A stretch of 32,000 nucleotides of DNA, taken from Geotalea uraniireducens Rf4. GTDB lineage: Bacteria > Desulfobacterota > Desulfuromonadia > Geobacterales > Geobacteraceae. The stretch is taken from assembly GCF_000016745.1 (NCBI RefSeq), contig NC_009483.1, positions 1,800,001 through 1,832,000 of the forward strand. Direction: 5' to 3'. The notes beneath the pieces were generated by a model, which was not told where the DNA came from, searched no databases, and worked only from the letters and a program-made list of their open reading frames with translations. The position numbers and the translations under genes were made by a program. Below are positions 22,018 through 31,143 of this stretch, in pieces. Positions within the stretch are counted from its first letter, which is position 1, and every line of letters starts with the position of its first letter.

Positions 22018-23480
22018 TACCGGTCCTGACCGCTATCCATTTTGCCGCGCTGCTCGGCCTCTGCCTGTACGGGGTGCACCGGCTCTGGCTGATTTATTGC
22101 CTGTACATGCCAAAAGGAAGCGAGAGGTCGACCCCGGCCCCTTTTGCCGCACCCGAAGAGTTCCCATCGGTCACTGTACAACTGCCGCTTTACAACGAGC
22201 GCTTTGTGGCGGAACGCCTGCTGGATGCCGCAGCCGGTCTTGACTGGCCCCGTGAGCGGCTCGAAATCCAGGTGCTGGACGATTCGGACGACGACACCTG
22301 CCGGCTGGTGGACCAGCGGGCTGCCTGGTGGCGGAAGCAGGGTGTCGCCATCACCGTGGTGAGAAGAACCAGCCGCGACGGCTACAAGGCAGGGGCGCTT
22401 GCCAACGGCCTTGCAACGGCACATGGTGAATACATAGCCGTCTTTGATGCCGACTTCATCCCGCCGCCCGATTTTCTGCATGCCACCATGCCATGGTTCA
22501 GAAATCAGGACGTCGGCATGGTCCAGACCCGCTGGAGCTTCTGCAATGCCGACCACTCCTGGTTCACCGGCATCCAGTCCCTCCTGCTCGGTCCGCATTT
22601 CAGCATCGAACACCGTGTGCGCTACCGGCAGGGGTTGTTCTTCAACTTCAACGGCACCGCCGGTGTCTGGCGCAGGAGCGCCATTGAGTCTGCCGGCGGC
22701 TGGCAGTCCGACACGGTCACCGAAGACCTGGATCTGAGCTACCGTGCACAGTTGGCCGGATGGCGCTTTGTCTATCGCGAAGAGTGCCAGGTGCCGTCCG
22801 AGCTGCCGGTGACCATGGCTGCACTGCGCAGCCAGCAGCAGCGCTGGGCCAAGGGTTCCATCCAGACCGCCCGCAAGATTCTGCCGCGGTTGTTGCAGGA
22901 GCGCTTGCCGCCGGCCGTAAAGATCGAGGCAATGGCCCATCTGATGGCCAATATCTACTGGCTTCTGGGCATGATCGTCATGCTGACCCTCTATCCGGCA
23001 GTTACCTGGCGGGTCGGCATCGGCCTGCACCAGGTCCTGCGCATCGATCTGCCGCTCTTCCTGGCCACCAGCGGGGCGATCATGAGCTACTTCCTGCTCT
23101 ATTCCATCCGCAGCGGATCGAAGAGCCTGCTGCGGCATGTTGTGCTGCTGCCCGCCCTGACCATCGGGTTGGCCCCCAGCATCTCCCTTTCAGTGCTGAA
23201 GGGGTTGTTTCGCCCGGGCGGTGAGTTCGAGCGGACACCCAAATTCGGTGTGCGGGGACGTGAACGGATTCCGGGGCTGGCCTTCCTCTATCATCAGAAA
23301 AACCTTCCCTACATCTTCATGAACGGCGTGCTGTTCCTCTACTGCCTGCTGCCGGTAATCTTCGCCTGGCAGCGGGAAACCTGGTTCGCCGTGCCCCTGT
23401 TCCTGCTTTTTCCGTTCGGTTTTGCATTGGTACTGGCAAAAGATATCAGGGAATCGTTATTTTCGGCAAACTTGAGATAA
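22002..23480 (+). CDS. Integral-membrane family-2 glycosyltransferase with D,D,D,QxxRW signature (cellulose-synthase/glycolipid-synthase-like)
   Basis: 492 aa with an N-terminal TM. Motifs: VQLPLYNE, QVLDDSDD, AVFDADF, TEDLDLSYR and LRSQQQRWAKGS. Several C-terminal TM helices are present. A 16-nt overlap with the radical SAM gene. Confidence 0.85.
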   Translation: MLSAIIPVLTAIHFAALLGLCLYGVHRLWLIYCLYMPKGSERSTPAPFAAPEEFPSVTVQLPLYNERFVAERLLDAAAGLDWPRERLEIQVLDDSDDDTCRLVDQRAAWWRKQGVAITVVRRTSRDGYKAGALANGLATAHGEYIAVFDADFIPPPDFLHATMPWFRNQDVGMVQTRWSFCNADHSWFTGIQSLLLGPHFSIEHRVRYRQGLFFNFNGTAGVWRRSAIESAGGWQSDTVTEDLDLSYRAQLAGWRFVYREECQVPSELPVTMAALRSQQQRWAKGSIQTARKILPRLLQERLPPAVKIEAMAHLMANIYWLLGMIVMLTLYPAVTWRVGIGLHQVLRIDLPLFLATSGAIMSYFLLYSIRSGSKSLLRHVVLLPALTIGLAPSISLSVLKGLFRPGGEFERTPKFGVRGRERIPGLAFLYHQKNLPYIFMNGVLFLYCLLPVIFAWQRETWFAVPLFLLFPFGFALVLAKDIRESLFSANLR

Positions 23481-23534
23481 CAGACATGATAACCGGTTCT
23501 AAGTGCAATGCAGTTGCAACCTTGAGGGGAAATA

Positions 23535-25067
23535 TTACTGACCGGGTTCTGCAGTTGGCTGCCGAGCACCGCTGAGAGCCCTGCTGAGAAGGTATGCCGT
23601 TAGCGGCGCCAGGAAGACCGCTGCCGTCACCTGCGGATTCTCGGTCCACTGCCCCAGGATGAAATAGGGGATCTGAACCTGGTACGTCAGGAAGACCGCC
23701 CAACAGAGTACCAGTCCGGCCGGACCTGCGCAGAACGGCAGAAATACCGCCAGGCAGAGGGCGTACCATGGTTGCAGGGTCGGGGTAAGCAGCAATAGCG
23801 CCATGGCGATGGCATAACAGGCTTCCATCGCCTGACGTAATCTGTTGACCGGTGATAGTCCGTGATTGATGCTGCCGGCCAAACGGAGAATGATTCCGAC
23901 GGCAACCAGCAGAAAACAGGATGACAACAGCAGGCGGGCAATCGTTCCCGAGCCGGTCATGGTACGAAGCGTGTTGAAGGCAAAACCGGCAAATTCCCAA
24001 TTGCGGGCATAGGCATCCAGGCTGGCGGTCATGTTGACCAAGTGCGGCAGGAACGGCAACACGAGTGCTGCCAGAGTCGCGATAAATCCGGCTGCAAAAT
24101 GTCTGCGTCGCTCATTCGGGACCAGCAGAAACAGTACCGGCGTCAACACCAGGGGAAACAGCTTCACCAAGCCGGCGCAGGCCAGCAACGCTCCGGACAA
24201 CAGAAACGGCCACCGCCGCGGAGCCGTCGCAGAAGCGCTCTGCCGATCCATTGCAAGCAGGCAGAAGGAACCTATCAGCATGGCAAGACCTGCTCCGTCC
24301 ACGTGCCCAGACCCGGCGATCTCCAGCACCGGCAGTGGATTCCATGCATAGAGTACAGCCCGCCATGCCGGCATCTCAAGCCGCTTCAACAGCATAACCA
24401 ACAGGGCGCACAGTCCCAGGTCGAGCAGCGCCAGAAAAGCCTTGAGGCCTGTGATGGTTCCACCAGTCGCTGCTCCCCCGGCAAACACCAACTGGGCCGT
24501 TGGTGGGTAAATGGTGACATAATCCGGGTGATTGATCATTGAGTGAACGGCTTTCAGTCCGGGCAGCGGCGTTATGACGGATGGCGAAGCGGCATAGGGA
24601 TTGACTCCCCGCAGCAGGTTACTGCCATCCCACAGGTAGCGGTAGATGTCATCGGACAGTTGCGGCGGACTGAACAGGAACAACAGGCGCAACACGAGCC
24701 CCACAGCAAGGATGACGGCCGGCGACCAAAGGACCTTTGCGCGCTCTCCGCAATAGAGGGCAAGCGTCAACAGCGTCGCCATCAATGCCGTGACGCCAAT
24801 CAGCAGCGGCACCGCCAGGCGTAACTCCGGCTGAACAGCAAGTATGCCACAGGAGGAGATCAGGAAGACAGGAAGTGCTACCGTAACAATATTTCCTGCA
24901 AGAGCCGTAATCGTTAGGTTTTTTTTGGCTGTAGCCATGACCGTCACGTATTTCCTAATCGTATTCAGCAGTTCTTGGCGTCTGTCCGTTACAATCGGTC
25001 TCAGCCAGGCCACCGGTTCATTCAAAGTCTTTCCTGAAACAAACAAAAAGTCAAGAATTACAGTCAA
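23535..25067 (-). CDS. Polytopic GT-C-type membrane glycosyltransferase (DUF2029/GT87/mannosyltransferase-like)
   Basis: 510-aa ORF with more than 10 predicted TM helices. The first periplasmic loop carries SDDIYRYLWDGSNLLRGVNPYA, and further on YPPTAQ and WNPLPVLEIAGSGHVDG. These are typical of polyprenyl-phosphate-sugar-dependent GT-C enzymes. The start is uncertain: TTG at 25067 or ATG at 24938. Confidence 0.7.
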   Translation of the reverse strand: MTVILDFLFVSGKTLNEPVAWLRPIVTDRRQELLNTIRKYVTVMATAKKNLTITALAGNIVTVALPVFLISSCGILAVQPELRLAVPLLIGVTALMATLLTLALYCGERAKVLWSPAVILAVGLVLRLLFLFSPPQLSDDIYRYLWDGSNLLRGVNPYAASPSVITPLPGLKAVHSMINHPDYVTIYPPTAQLVFAGGAATGGTITGLKAFLALLDLGLCALLVMLLKRLEMPAWRAVLYAWNPLPVLEIAGSGHVDGAGLAMLIGSFCLLAMDRQSASATAPRRWPFLLSGALLACAGLVKLFPLVLTPVLFLLVPNERRRHFAAGFIATLAALVLPFLPHLVNMTASLDAYARNWEFAGFAFNTLRTMTGSGTIARLLLSSCFLLVAVGIILRLAGSINHGLSPVNRLRQAMEACYAIAMALLLLTPTLQPWYALCLAVFLPFCAGPAGLVLCWAVFLTYQVQIPYFILGQWTENPQVTAAVFLAPLTAYLLSRALSGARQPTAEPGQ

Positions 25068-25122
25068 CGCCTTTTCATGGTGGCATGGCGTCTTCGATCT
25101 GAGATAAAAATCATGAAAAACT

Positions 25123-25159
25123 CCACTACCTTTGGAAGCTGAAGGCGTGTGAATGACGG
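25123..25159 (+). repeat. Right copy of the 37-bp direct repeat (relic 3' end of a DUF2461 gene)
   Basis: 25123-25147 is identical to 11690-11714. In the same frame it reads HYLWKLKACE-TGA, against HYLWKLKAGK-TGA at the left copy. It lies in the intergenic region between the divergent GT-C and 4Fe-4S genes. Confidence 0.85.
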
Positions 25160-25306
25160 TTCGACAGGCGATTCAACGGAATACGGCAGCAAGGTAATTT
25201 TTTCTTTCGCCGGAGTTGGCGATGTGCTGTGTTGAAGGTACACTTGTTCCAGGGCATCTCATTCCTGAGAGCATAATCAGCCACGTCCACGATCGAAAGG
25301 TCCGCC

Positions 25307-26602
25307 ATGTCCCATCATGCACCGAAATCCGGCTACCGGCAGCTGGTCGAACGACTCAACAAGTTCCCCCAAGGGGCGCCTCCTTCGCCGCTTCTGTTTA
25401 AGATCCTCGCCATCCTCTTCAGCGAAAAAGAGGCCGCGTTCCTCTCCCGGCTGCCGGTGATGCCGTTTACCGCCCGCCGTGCGGCAAAGGCTTTGCAGAT
25501 GCAGGAGAAGGATGCCCGGGCCATTCTCGACGGTCTTGCCGCCCGGGCACTGCTTCTTGACCTGGAACAGAACGGCAGGACGATCTATCTTCTGCCGCCG
25601 CCCATGGCCGGCTTTTTCGAATTCTCCCTCATGCGGGTCCGCACAGATATCGACCAGAAGGCCTTGAGCGAACTCTTCTACGAGTACCTCAACGTGGAGG
25701 AGGATTTCATCCGTAATCTCTTTACCGTGGGGGAGACGCAGCTCGGCCGGACCTTCGTCTGTGAGCCGGCCCTTTCGGCTGAAAACGCTGTCCAGGTCTT
25801 CGCCTATGAACGGGCGAGCGAGGTGCTGCGCACCGCCCGCCATATCGGCGTGGGGCTCTGCTACTGCCGCCACAAGATGTCGCACATGGGAAAGGCCTGC
25901 GATGCTCCGCAGGAGATCTGCCTCTCCCTCAATAGTGCAGCCGAGCCGCTCGTCCGTCACGGACATGCCCGCTCCATCGATGCAGCCGAGGCGCTCGACC
26001 TCCTCCAGGAGGCCCATGATCGGAAGCTTGTCCAGTTCGGCGACAACGTCCGTGAGGGGGTGAACTTTATCTGCAACTGTTGTGGCTGCTGCTGCGAGTC
26101 GATGATAGCCGCCCGCCGCTTTGCCCACCTTCACCCGGTGCATACGACGAATTTTATTCCGGTTCTCCGTGACGACAGGTGCAACGGCTGCGGCAGGTGC
26201 GTTGCGGCGTGTCCGGTTGCGGTGGCGGAACTGATCACTGCCAACGATCCTCTCAATCCGGCGAGAAAAAAGGCGAGGATCGATAGGGAGAACTGTCTCG
26301 GTTGCGGGGTCTGCGTCCGGTCTTGCCCGGTGGCGGCCATCCGCCTTGAGTCCCGGCCGCAGCGGGTCATCACCCCGGTCAATTCCGCCCACCGCGTGGT
26401 GCTCATGGCCATTGAGAGGGGGCGTCTGCAAAACCTGATCTTCGACAATCAGGCGCTCATGAGTCACCGGGCCATGGCCGCGGTCCTCGGGGTGATCCTC
26501 AGGCTTCCTCCGGTCAAGCAGCTTATGGCAAGCAGTCAGATGAAATCCAGGTATCTCGAACGCTTGCTGTCCGGGGTCGATATCTTTTCAGTGGGGCGAT
26601 AG
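25307..26602 (+). CDS. 4Fe-4S dicluster domain-containing protein with an additional Cys-rich region
   Basis: 431 aa. Cys-rich core: CYCRHKMSHMGKAC...ICLSL...NFICNCCGCCCES. Two ferredoxin motifs follow: CNGCGRCVAACP and CLGCGVCVRSCP. The function cannot be assigned from sequence alone. Confidence 0.8.
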   Translation: MSHHAPKSGYRQLVERLNKFPQGAPPSPLLFKILAILFSEKEAAFLSRLPVMPFTARRAAKALQMQEKDARAILDGLAARALLLDLEQNGRTIYLLPPPMAGFFEFSLMRVRTDIDQKALSELFYEYLNVEEDFIRNLFTVGETQLGRTFVCEPALSAENAVQVFAYERASEVLRTARHIGVGLCYCRHKMSHMGKACDAPQEICLSLNSAAEPLVRHGHARSIDAAEALDLLQEAHDRKLVQFGDNVREGVNFICNCCGCCCESMIAARRFAHLHPVHTTNFIPVLRDDRCNGCGRCVAACPVAVAELITANDPLNPARKKARIDRENCLGCGVCVRSCPVAAIRLESRPQRVITPVNSAHRVVLMAIERGRLQNLIFDNQALMSHRAMAAVLGVILRLPPVKQLMASSQMKSRYLERLLSGVDIFSVGR

Positions 26603-26623
26603 TTTTGACGGGTAAAAGAATTT

Positions 26624-26655
26624 AAAAAGGGCACTCAGTGGAGTGCCCTTTTTTT
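26624..26655. terminator. Bidirectional rho-independent terminator between convergent genes
   Basis: AAAAA-GGGCACTC-AGTG-GAGTGCCC-TTTTTTT: a perfect 8-bp GC-rich stem with an A-run on one side and a T-run on the other. It lies between the 4Fe-4S gene stop (26602) and the GAPDH gene stop (26683). Confidence 0.8.
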
Positions 26656-26682
26656 ATGCGGCGGTTTGTTTCTGTCCGGTTC

Positions 26683-28128
26683 TCAACTGGGAAACGACGG
26701 AAGCTCCAGACCGGCCATCTTCTGGACCATGCGCACCACCTGGCAACTGTAGCCGAATTCGTTGTCGTACCAGACATAGAGGACGCAACGGTTCCCCTTG
26801 GTGATGGTGGCCAGGGAGTCCACCACCCCGGCGTGGCGGGAGCCGACAAAGTCGCTGGAGACGACCTCCGGGGAGTTGGTGTAGTCGATCTGGTTCTGCA
26901 GCGGCGAGTCGAGGGATATTTCCCGCAGGTATCCGTTGATCGCATTGATGTCGACCGGCTGGGCCAACTCCAGGTTGAGGATGGCCAGGGAGACGTTGGG
27001 GGTCGGTACGCGGATGGCGTTGCCGGTCAGCTTGCCGGTGAGCTCGGGAAGGACCTTGGCCACGGCCTTGGCGGCGCCGGTCTCGGTGATGACCATGTTC
27101 AGCGGGGCGCTCCGGCCGCGCCGTGAAGCCTTGTGGTAGTTGTCGATCAGGTTCTGGTCGTTGGTGTATGAGTGACAGGTTTCCACGTGGCCATTGACGA
27201 TGCCGAACCGGTCGTTGACCGCCTTCAGCACGGGGACGATAGCGTTGGTGGTGCAGCTGGCGGCTGAAAAAATACTTTCCTCCGAGGTGATCAGCTCATT
27301 GTTCACGCCGGACACGACGTTGGGGATATCCCCTTTGCCGGGGGCGGTGAGGAGCACCTTGGCAATTCCCTTGGCCTTCAGGTGCCGGCCGAGTCCCTCC
27401 CGGTCGCGCCACTTGCCGGTGTTGTCGATGAGGATGGCGTTGTGGATGCCGTACTGGGTGTAATCGACGTTTTCCGGGGCATCGGCGTAGATAATGCGGA
27501 TCATGTTGCCGTTGGCGATGATCGCATTTTCTTCTTCGTCTATGGTGATGATGCCGTGGAATTGGCCGTGCACCGAGTCGCGGCGGAGCAGGCTGGCCCG
27601 CTTGACCAGATCGTCAGCGCTTCCCTTGCGCACCACGGCTGCCCGGAGCCTGAGCTTTTCACCGCTCCCCGCTTTTTCGACGAGGATGCGGGCGAGCAGC
27701 CTGCCGATCCTGCCGAAGCCGTAAAGGACGATGTCCTGCGGTTCACTCAGCAAGGTGGTGCGACCGGTGTTGATTGCTGCCAGTTCCTGCCGGACAAAGT
27801 CGTCTACCGTCATCGTGCCGCCCATGGCTTGGTAACGGACGGTCAATTTGCCGATATCGATCCGCGCCGGGGCCAGGTCAAGTCTGGTAATCGCTTCGAT
27901 GATGGGAAAAGTGTCCCGCACCGTGAGTTCACTCTCAAGGATCAGTCGGGCAAAGCGGTGCGCTTTGAGGATATCGATGGTTGGGTTGTTGACCAGCGAA
28001 CGGCCGTAGACGCTGGTTACGATGTTGTGGTCACGGTAAAGGCGGCCGATCATGGGGAGCATCTGTTCGGCATACTCTTCGAGGCATTGCCACTCTTTTA
28101 AATGGGCTTCCTGTTTCTTGTTGTTCAT
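26683..28128 (-). CDS. gap: Glyceraldehyde-3-phosphate dehydrogenase, long form with an N-terminal extension of about 130 aa
   Basis: 481 aa. NAD-binding motif YGFGRIGRLLARIL, catalytic motif SAASCTTNAIVPVLK, and the C-terminal WYDNEFGYS. The N-terminal extension matches the roughly 480-aa GAPDH class seen in pseudomonads and others. Confidence 0.9.
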   Translation of the reverse strand: MNNKKQEAHLKEWQCLEEYAEQMLPMIGRLYRDHNIVTSVYGRSLVNNPTIDILKAHRFARLILESELTVRDTFPIIEAITRLDLAPARIDIGKLTVRYQAMGGTMTVDDFVRQELAAINTGRTTLLSEPQDIVLYGFGRIGRLLARILVEKAGSGEKLRLRAAVVRKGSADDLVKRASLLRRDSVHGQFHGIITIDEEENAIIANGNMIRIIYADAPENVDYTQYGIHNAILIDNTGKWRDREGLGRHLKAKGIAKVLLTAPGKGDIPNVVSGVNNELITSEESIFSAASCTTNAIVPVLKAVNDRFGIVNGHVETCHSYTNDQNLIDNYHKASRRGRSAPLNMVITETGAAKAVAKVLPELTGKLTGNAIRVPTPNVSLAILNLELAQPVDINAINGYLREISLDSPLQNQIDYTNSPEVVSSDFVGSRHAGVVDSLATITKGNRCVLYVWYDNEFGYSCQVVRMVQKMAGLELPSFPS

Positions 28129-28495
28129 TCATGGTCCTTTCTAGCAAATATTATTATGTCGGCTGTTTAAAAAAAACAATCTATCCTAGACTAACTGGCA
28201 GCCTTTTTCAACCACTCAATTAGCACCGCTCAATTATCTGCGTAGTAAGCGGCCGTGCTACGGACTTTTTGGTTGACGATTCCCTCCGAAAATAAATATC
28301 TGCTGGACGAATCCGGACAATAAAGCAGGCATGGCGGGCCGCCCGCAGATCGGTTTTTTGGTCAAACCTTGGGGGGCGCATCGAAGAAGGGGGGGGCGTG
28401 CATCAGCAACGGCGGCATGGTCACCATTGCTGCGAGAAGGCCGCCGGAGTTGTGCTTGTGTCTCTTCCGCAGTTTCAGGATGGACGCATTCGGGT

Positions 28496-30274
28496 TTATT
28501 TCTCTTCAGCCTTTTTCAGGGTAAATGAAAATGTGGACCCTTTACCGACGGTGCTTTCCACGGAGAGGGCGCCGCCGTGGGCCTGGACAATATGCTTTAC
28601 GATGGAGAGGCCGAGACCGGTCCCTCCCTGCTCGCGGCTGCGGGCTTCATCCACCCGGTAAAACCGCTCGAAAATCCTCGGCAGGTCTTTGGGGGGGATA
28701 CCCATGCCGGTGTCGGTGACGGAGATTTTCAGCATTTTCTCTTCATCGGCAGCCTTGACGGTTATTGTTCCTTTTTCCGGCGTGTACTTGATCGCATTGT
28801 CCAGGAGGTTGATAAGCACCTGCTCCAGTCTGCCGCGGTCACCCAGAATGGGCGGCGCTGCCTTGATCGTGCTGCAGTCGATGGTGATCCCCTTGTCAGC
28901 GGCCTTTTGCTCCAGGAGCATCAGGGCATGCCTGACAGTCCCTTCAATGTTGACCATGGACAGTTCCAGGCTCACATCCCCCGATTCCAGCTCCGACAGG
29001 GTGAGCAGGTCGCCGATAAGGCTGGTCAATCTTTCCGAATGGCTATGGATGATTTCGACAAAACGGACTGCACGTTCCGGATCACTTGCTAATGCGCCCG
29101 AAAGGAGTGTTTCGGCGTATCCTTTAATAACGGTTACCGGGGTGCGCAACTCGTGTGAAACATTTGCCACGAAATCCCGGCGGATTTTCTCCAGTCGCTT
29201 GATGTTGCTTATGTCGTGAAAGACCGCAACCACTCCTTGCAGCCGGTCCCCGTCGAGAAGCGGCACCCAGTGGGTGAGGATGGTTTTTTCCCCTTTGGCG
29301 TCAAGGGTTATCTCTTCAAGCCGCTCGCTTTTGCTGGCGATGATTGTTTTATAGGCAGAGTGGAGGGCCGGGTGTCTCGTAATATCGATGAGCGGCCTTC
29401 CCTCCACTTCCTCAGTGATGGCAAGCAGGTCGCGAAACGCCGGGTTGACCAGGGTGATGGTCCCTTTTGCGTCGGTAACCATAAGCCCTTCGCCCATCCC
29501 CCGCAGTATGGTGTCAAGACGGTTTCTCTCCGTGGAGATGCGCGCCAGCTGCCCCTCGATTCTTACCGACATGTCGTTCATGATCATTGCCAGTTCGCCG
29601 AGCTCATCCCGGCCCTTCACCGGCACCCGCAGTCCGTATTCCCCCTTGCCGATGCGGGAGGCGATGGATGCCATGGCGCGCAACGAGCGGGAGGTGAAGT
29701 TGGAGAGGACGTAGCTGAAGAGGAGGGAGGCCAACAGCGCCAGGGCCATGGCGACGCCGAGAATTGTATGAATGGTTGATCGGGCCTTTACCAGCTGCTC
29801 CAGGGGGAGGGCCAGTCTGATTGTGACCCTTTCGCCGTTCTTCAGTTCCAGCGGTCTGGCAACGTAGAGCATGGGAGTTTGCAGGGTCGATGAGTATCGG
29901 ATGGACGACCCTGTCCCTTCTTTCTGCGCAGCCAGGATTTCCGGCCGGTTCTGGTGGTTTTCCAGACCCTTCAGCTCATCGGCCTTGACCTGGGAATCTC
30001 CGACCACTTCGCCGTTTCGGGCGATGATGGTGACCCTGGCCTTCACCTCTTTGCCGATAGCTGCGGCAATTGCCTGGGCATCATGGTACAGGTCTCCACC
30101 TTCTCTTCCTGCCATGAGCGCCGCCATCCTGGTTTCGTTTGTCAGATTGTCCTTTATTTCGGCCAGCAAATAGTCTTCAAGGGCGTTATTAAGGTAGCCG
30201 TAAAGTATGCCGCCCATGAGCAACACCAGGCAGAGGTATGAGACCATCAGTTTCCAGCGAAAGGTGACCTTCAT
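28496..30274 (-). CDS. phoR: PhoR-like phosphate-regulon sensor histidine kinase (TM-periplasmic domain-TM-HAMP-PAS-HisKA-HATPase)
   Basis: 592 aa. H-box FVANVSHELRTPVTVIKGY. N-box LLDNAIKYTP. DTGMGIPPKDLPRIFERFYRVDEARSREQGGTGLGLSIVKH is the PhoR-type G1/F/G2 region. A 1-nt overlap (TAATG) with the upstream PhoB-like gene. Confidence 0.75.
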   Translation of the reverse strand: MKVTFRWKLMVSYLCLVLLMGGILYGYLNNALEDYLLAEIKDNLTNETRMAALMAGREGGDLYHDAQAIAAAIGKEVKARVTIIARNGEVVGDSQVKADELKGLENHQNRPEILAAQKEGTGSSIRYSSTLQTPMLYVARPLELKNGERVTIRLALPLEQLVKARSTIHTILGVAMALALLASLLFSYVLSNFTSRSLRAMASIASRIGKGEYGLRVPVKGRDELGELAMIMNDMSVRIEGQLARISTERNRLDTILRGMGEGLMVTDAKGTITLVNPAFRDLLAITEEVEGRPLIDITRHPALHSAYKTIIASKSERLEEITLDAKGEKTILTHWVPLLDGDRLQGVVAVFHDISNIKRLEKIRRDFVANVSHELRTPVTVIKGYAETLLSGALASDPERAVRFVEIIHSHSERLTSLIGDLLTLSELESGDVSLELSMVNIEGTVRHALMLLEQKAADKGITIDCSTIKAAPPILGDRGRLEQVLINLLDNAIKYTPEKGTITVKAADEEKMLKISVTDTGMGIPPKDLPRIFERFYRVDEARSREQGGTGLGLSIVKHIVQAHGGALSVESTVGKGSTFSFTLKKAEEK

Positions 30275-30951
30275 TATTCCTCCATCTTGTAGCCGAAACC
30301 ACGCACGGTCTTGATCATTTCTCCTGCCTCGCCGAGTTTGGTCCTGAGCCTTGTCACATGGGTGTCCACCGTCCGGGTATCCCCCACATAATTGTATCCC
30401 CAGACGTTTTGCAGCAGGAGGTCACGGCTCTGCACGCGCCCCAGGCGCTCGGCCAGGTTGAGGAGCAGCTTGAATTCGGTGGTCGTGAGGACAATCTCTT
30501 CGCCGGCAACGCTGACCATGTGCCGTTCGGTGTCGATGGTGACGAGGCCGATGGTGATGCACTTTCCCTGCGCTTTTTCCGGCATGGTGCGGCGCAGCAC
30601 CGCCTTGACCCGCAGTAACAACTCCCGGGTGGAGAAAGGTTTCACCATGTAATCGTCCGCGCCCACTTCAAAACCGACGACCCGGTCTATCTCCTCCCCC
30701 TTGGCGGTCAGCATGATGATCGGAATGGCGGCGGTTTTTTCATTCTTCTTCAGGAGCTTGCAGATCTCGGTCCCCATCAGGCCGGGAAGCATCAGATCCA
30801 GGAGAATGAGGTCGGGAGGATTGCTGCGCGCGGCTTCCAGGCCGGAAACACCGTCAAGGGCGATGAGCGGCCGGTATCCTTCCTTTTCCAGGTTGAAGGC
30901 TATCAGTTCCGCCAGGTCCCGTTCGTCTTCGATCACGAGTATGGTCTTCAT
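30274..30951 (-). CDS. phoB: PhoB-like OmpR-family response regulator
   Basis: 225 aa. REC motifs: LVIEDERDL, LILLDLMLPG, IIMLTAKGEE, ADDYMVKPFS. The winged-helix output is LTTTEFKLLLNLAERLGRVQSRDLLLQNVWGY...RTVDTHVTRLRTKL. A Pho box lies upstream. Confidence 0.75.
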   Translation of the reverse strand: MKTILVIEDERDLAELIAFNLEKEGYRPLIALDGVSGLEAARSNPPDLILLDLMLPGLMGTEICKLLKKNEKTAAIPIIMLTAKGEEIDRVVGFEVGADDYMVKPFSTRELLLRVKAVLRRTMPEKAQGKCITIGLVTIDTERHMVSVAGEEIVLTTTEFKLLLNLAERLGRVQSRDLLLQNVWGYNYVGDTRTVDTHVTRLRTKLGEAGEMIKTVRGFGYKMEE

Positions 30952-31143
30952 TGCGGCTCTCTTTCTTGGTTTGTTTCTGTCCGGAAAGGGTGCTTTTCCG
31001 CCCTGACTGTGTCAATCTGCGGGCTTGCTTGTGCGGCGTACCGATGTACGCCTCCGCGCAACCCTTGATTTCCTTGCCAGGACAAAAAATCCCCGCTTTC
31101 CGAATCAGAAACCAATAGTTTGCTGATCTTCTTATCGGATGCT

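Noticed and set aside
25126-25308. 60-aa minus-strand ORF covering the right repeat copy.
   Set aside because: It has no SD and no recognisable motif. It spans a region better explained as a relic gene end plus divergent promoters.
28196-28210. Sigma54-like TGGCAGCCTTTTTCA in the gap-phoR intergenic region.
   Set aside because: There is no TTGC -12 element at the correct spacing. It points (+ strand) toward the 3' end of phoR, with no downstream gene to serve.
28331-28661. ORFs 28331..28528 and 28398..28661 (+), and G6/G8 runs at about 28365-28395, in the 368-bp spacer between gap and phoR.
   Set aside because: The ORFs have no SD and overlap the phoR 3' end, and their translations are Arg/Gly-rich junk. 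A weak hairpin (GCGGGC-C-GCCCGC, about 28334-28346) with a distant T6 could be a poor terminator, but the loop is too tight for a call. The G runs are too few for a confident G-quadruplex.
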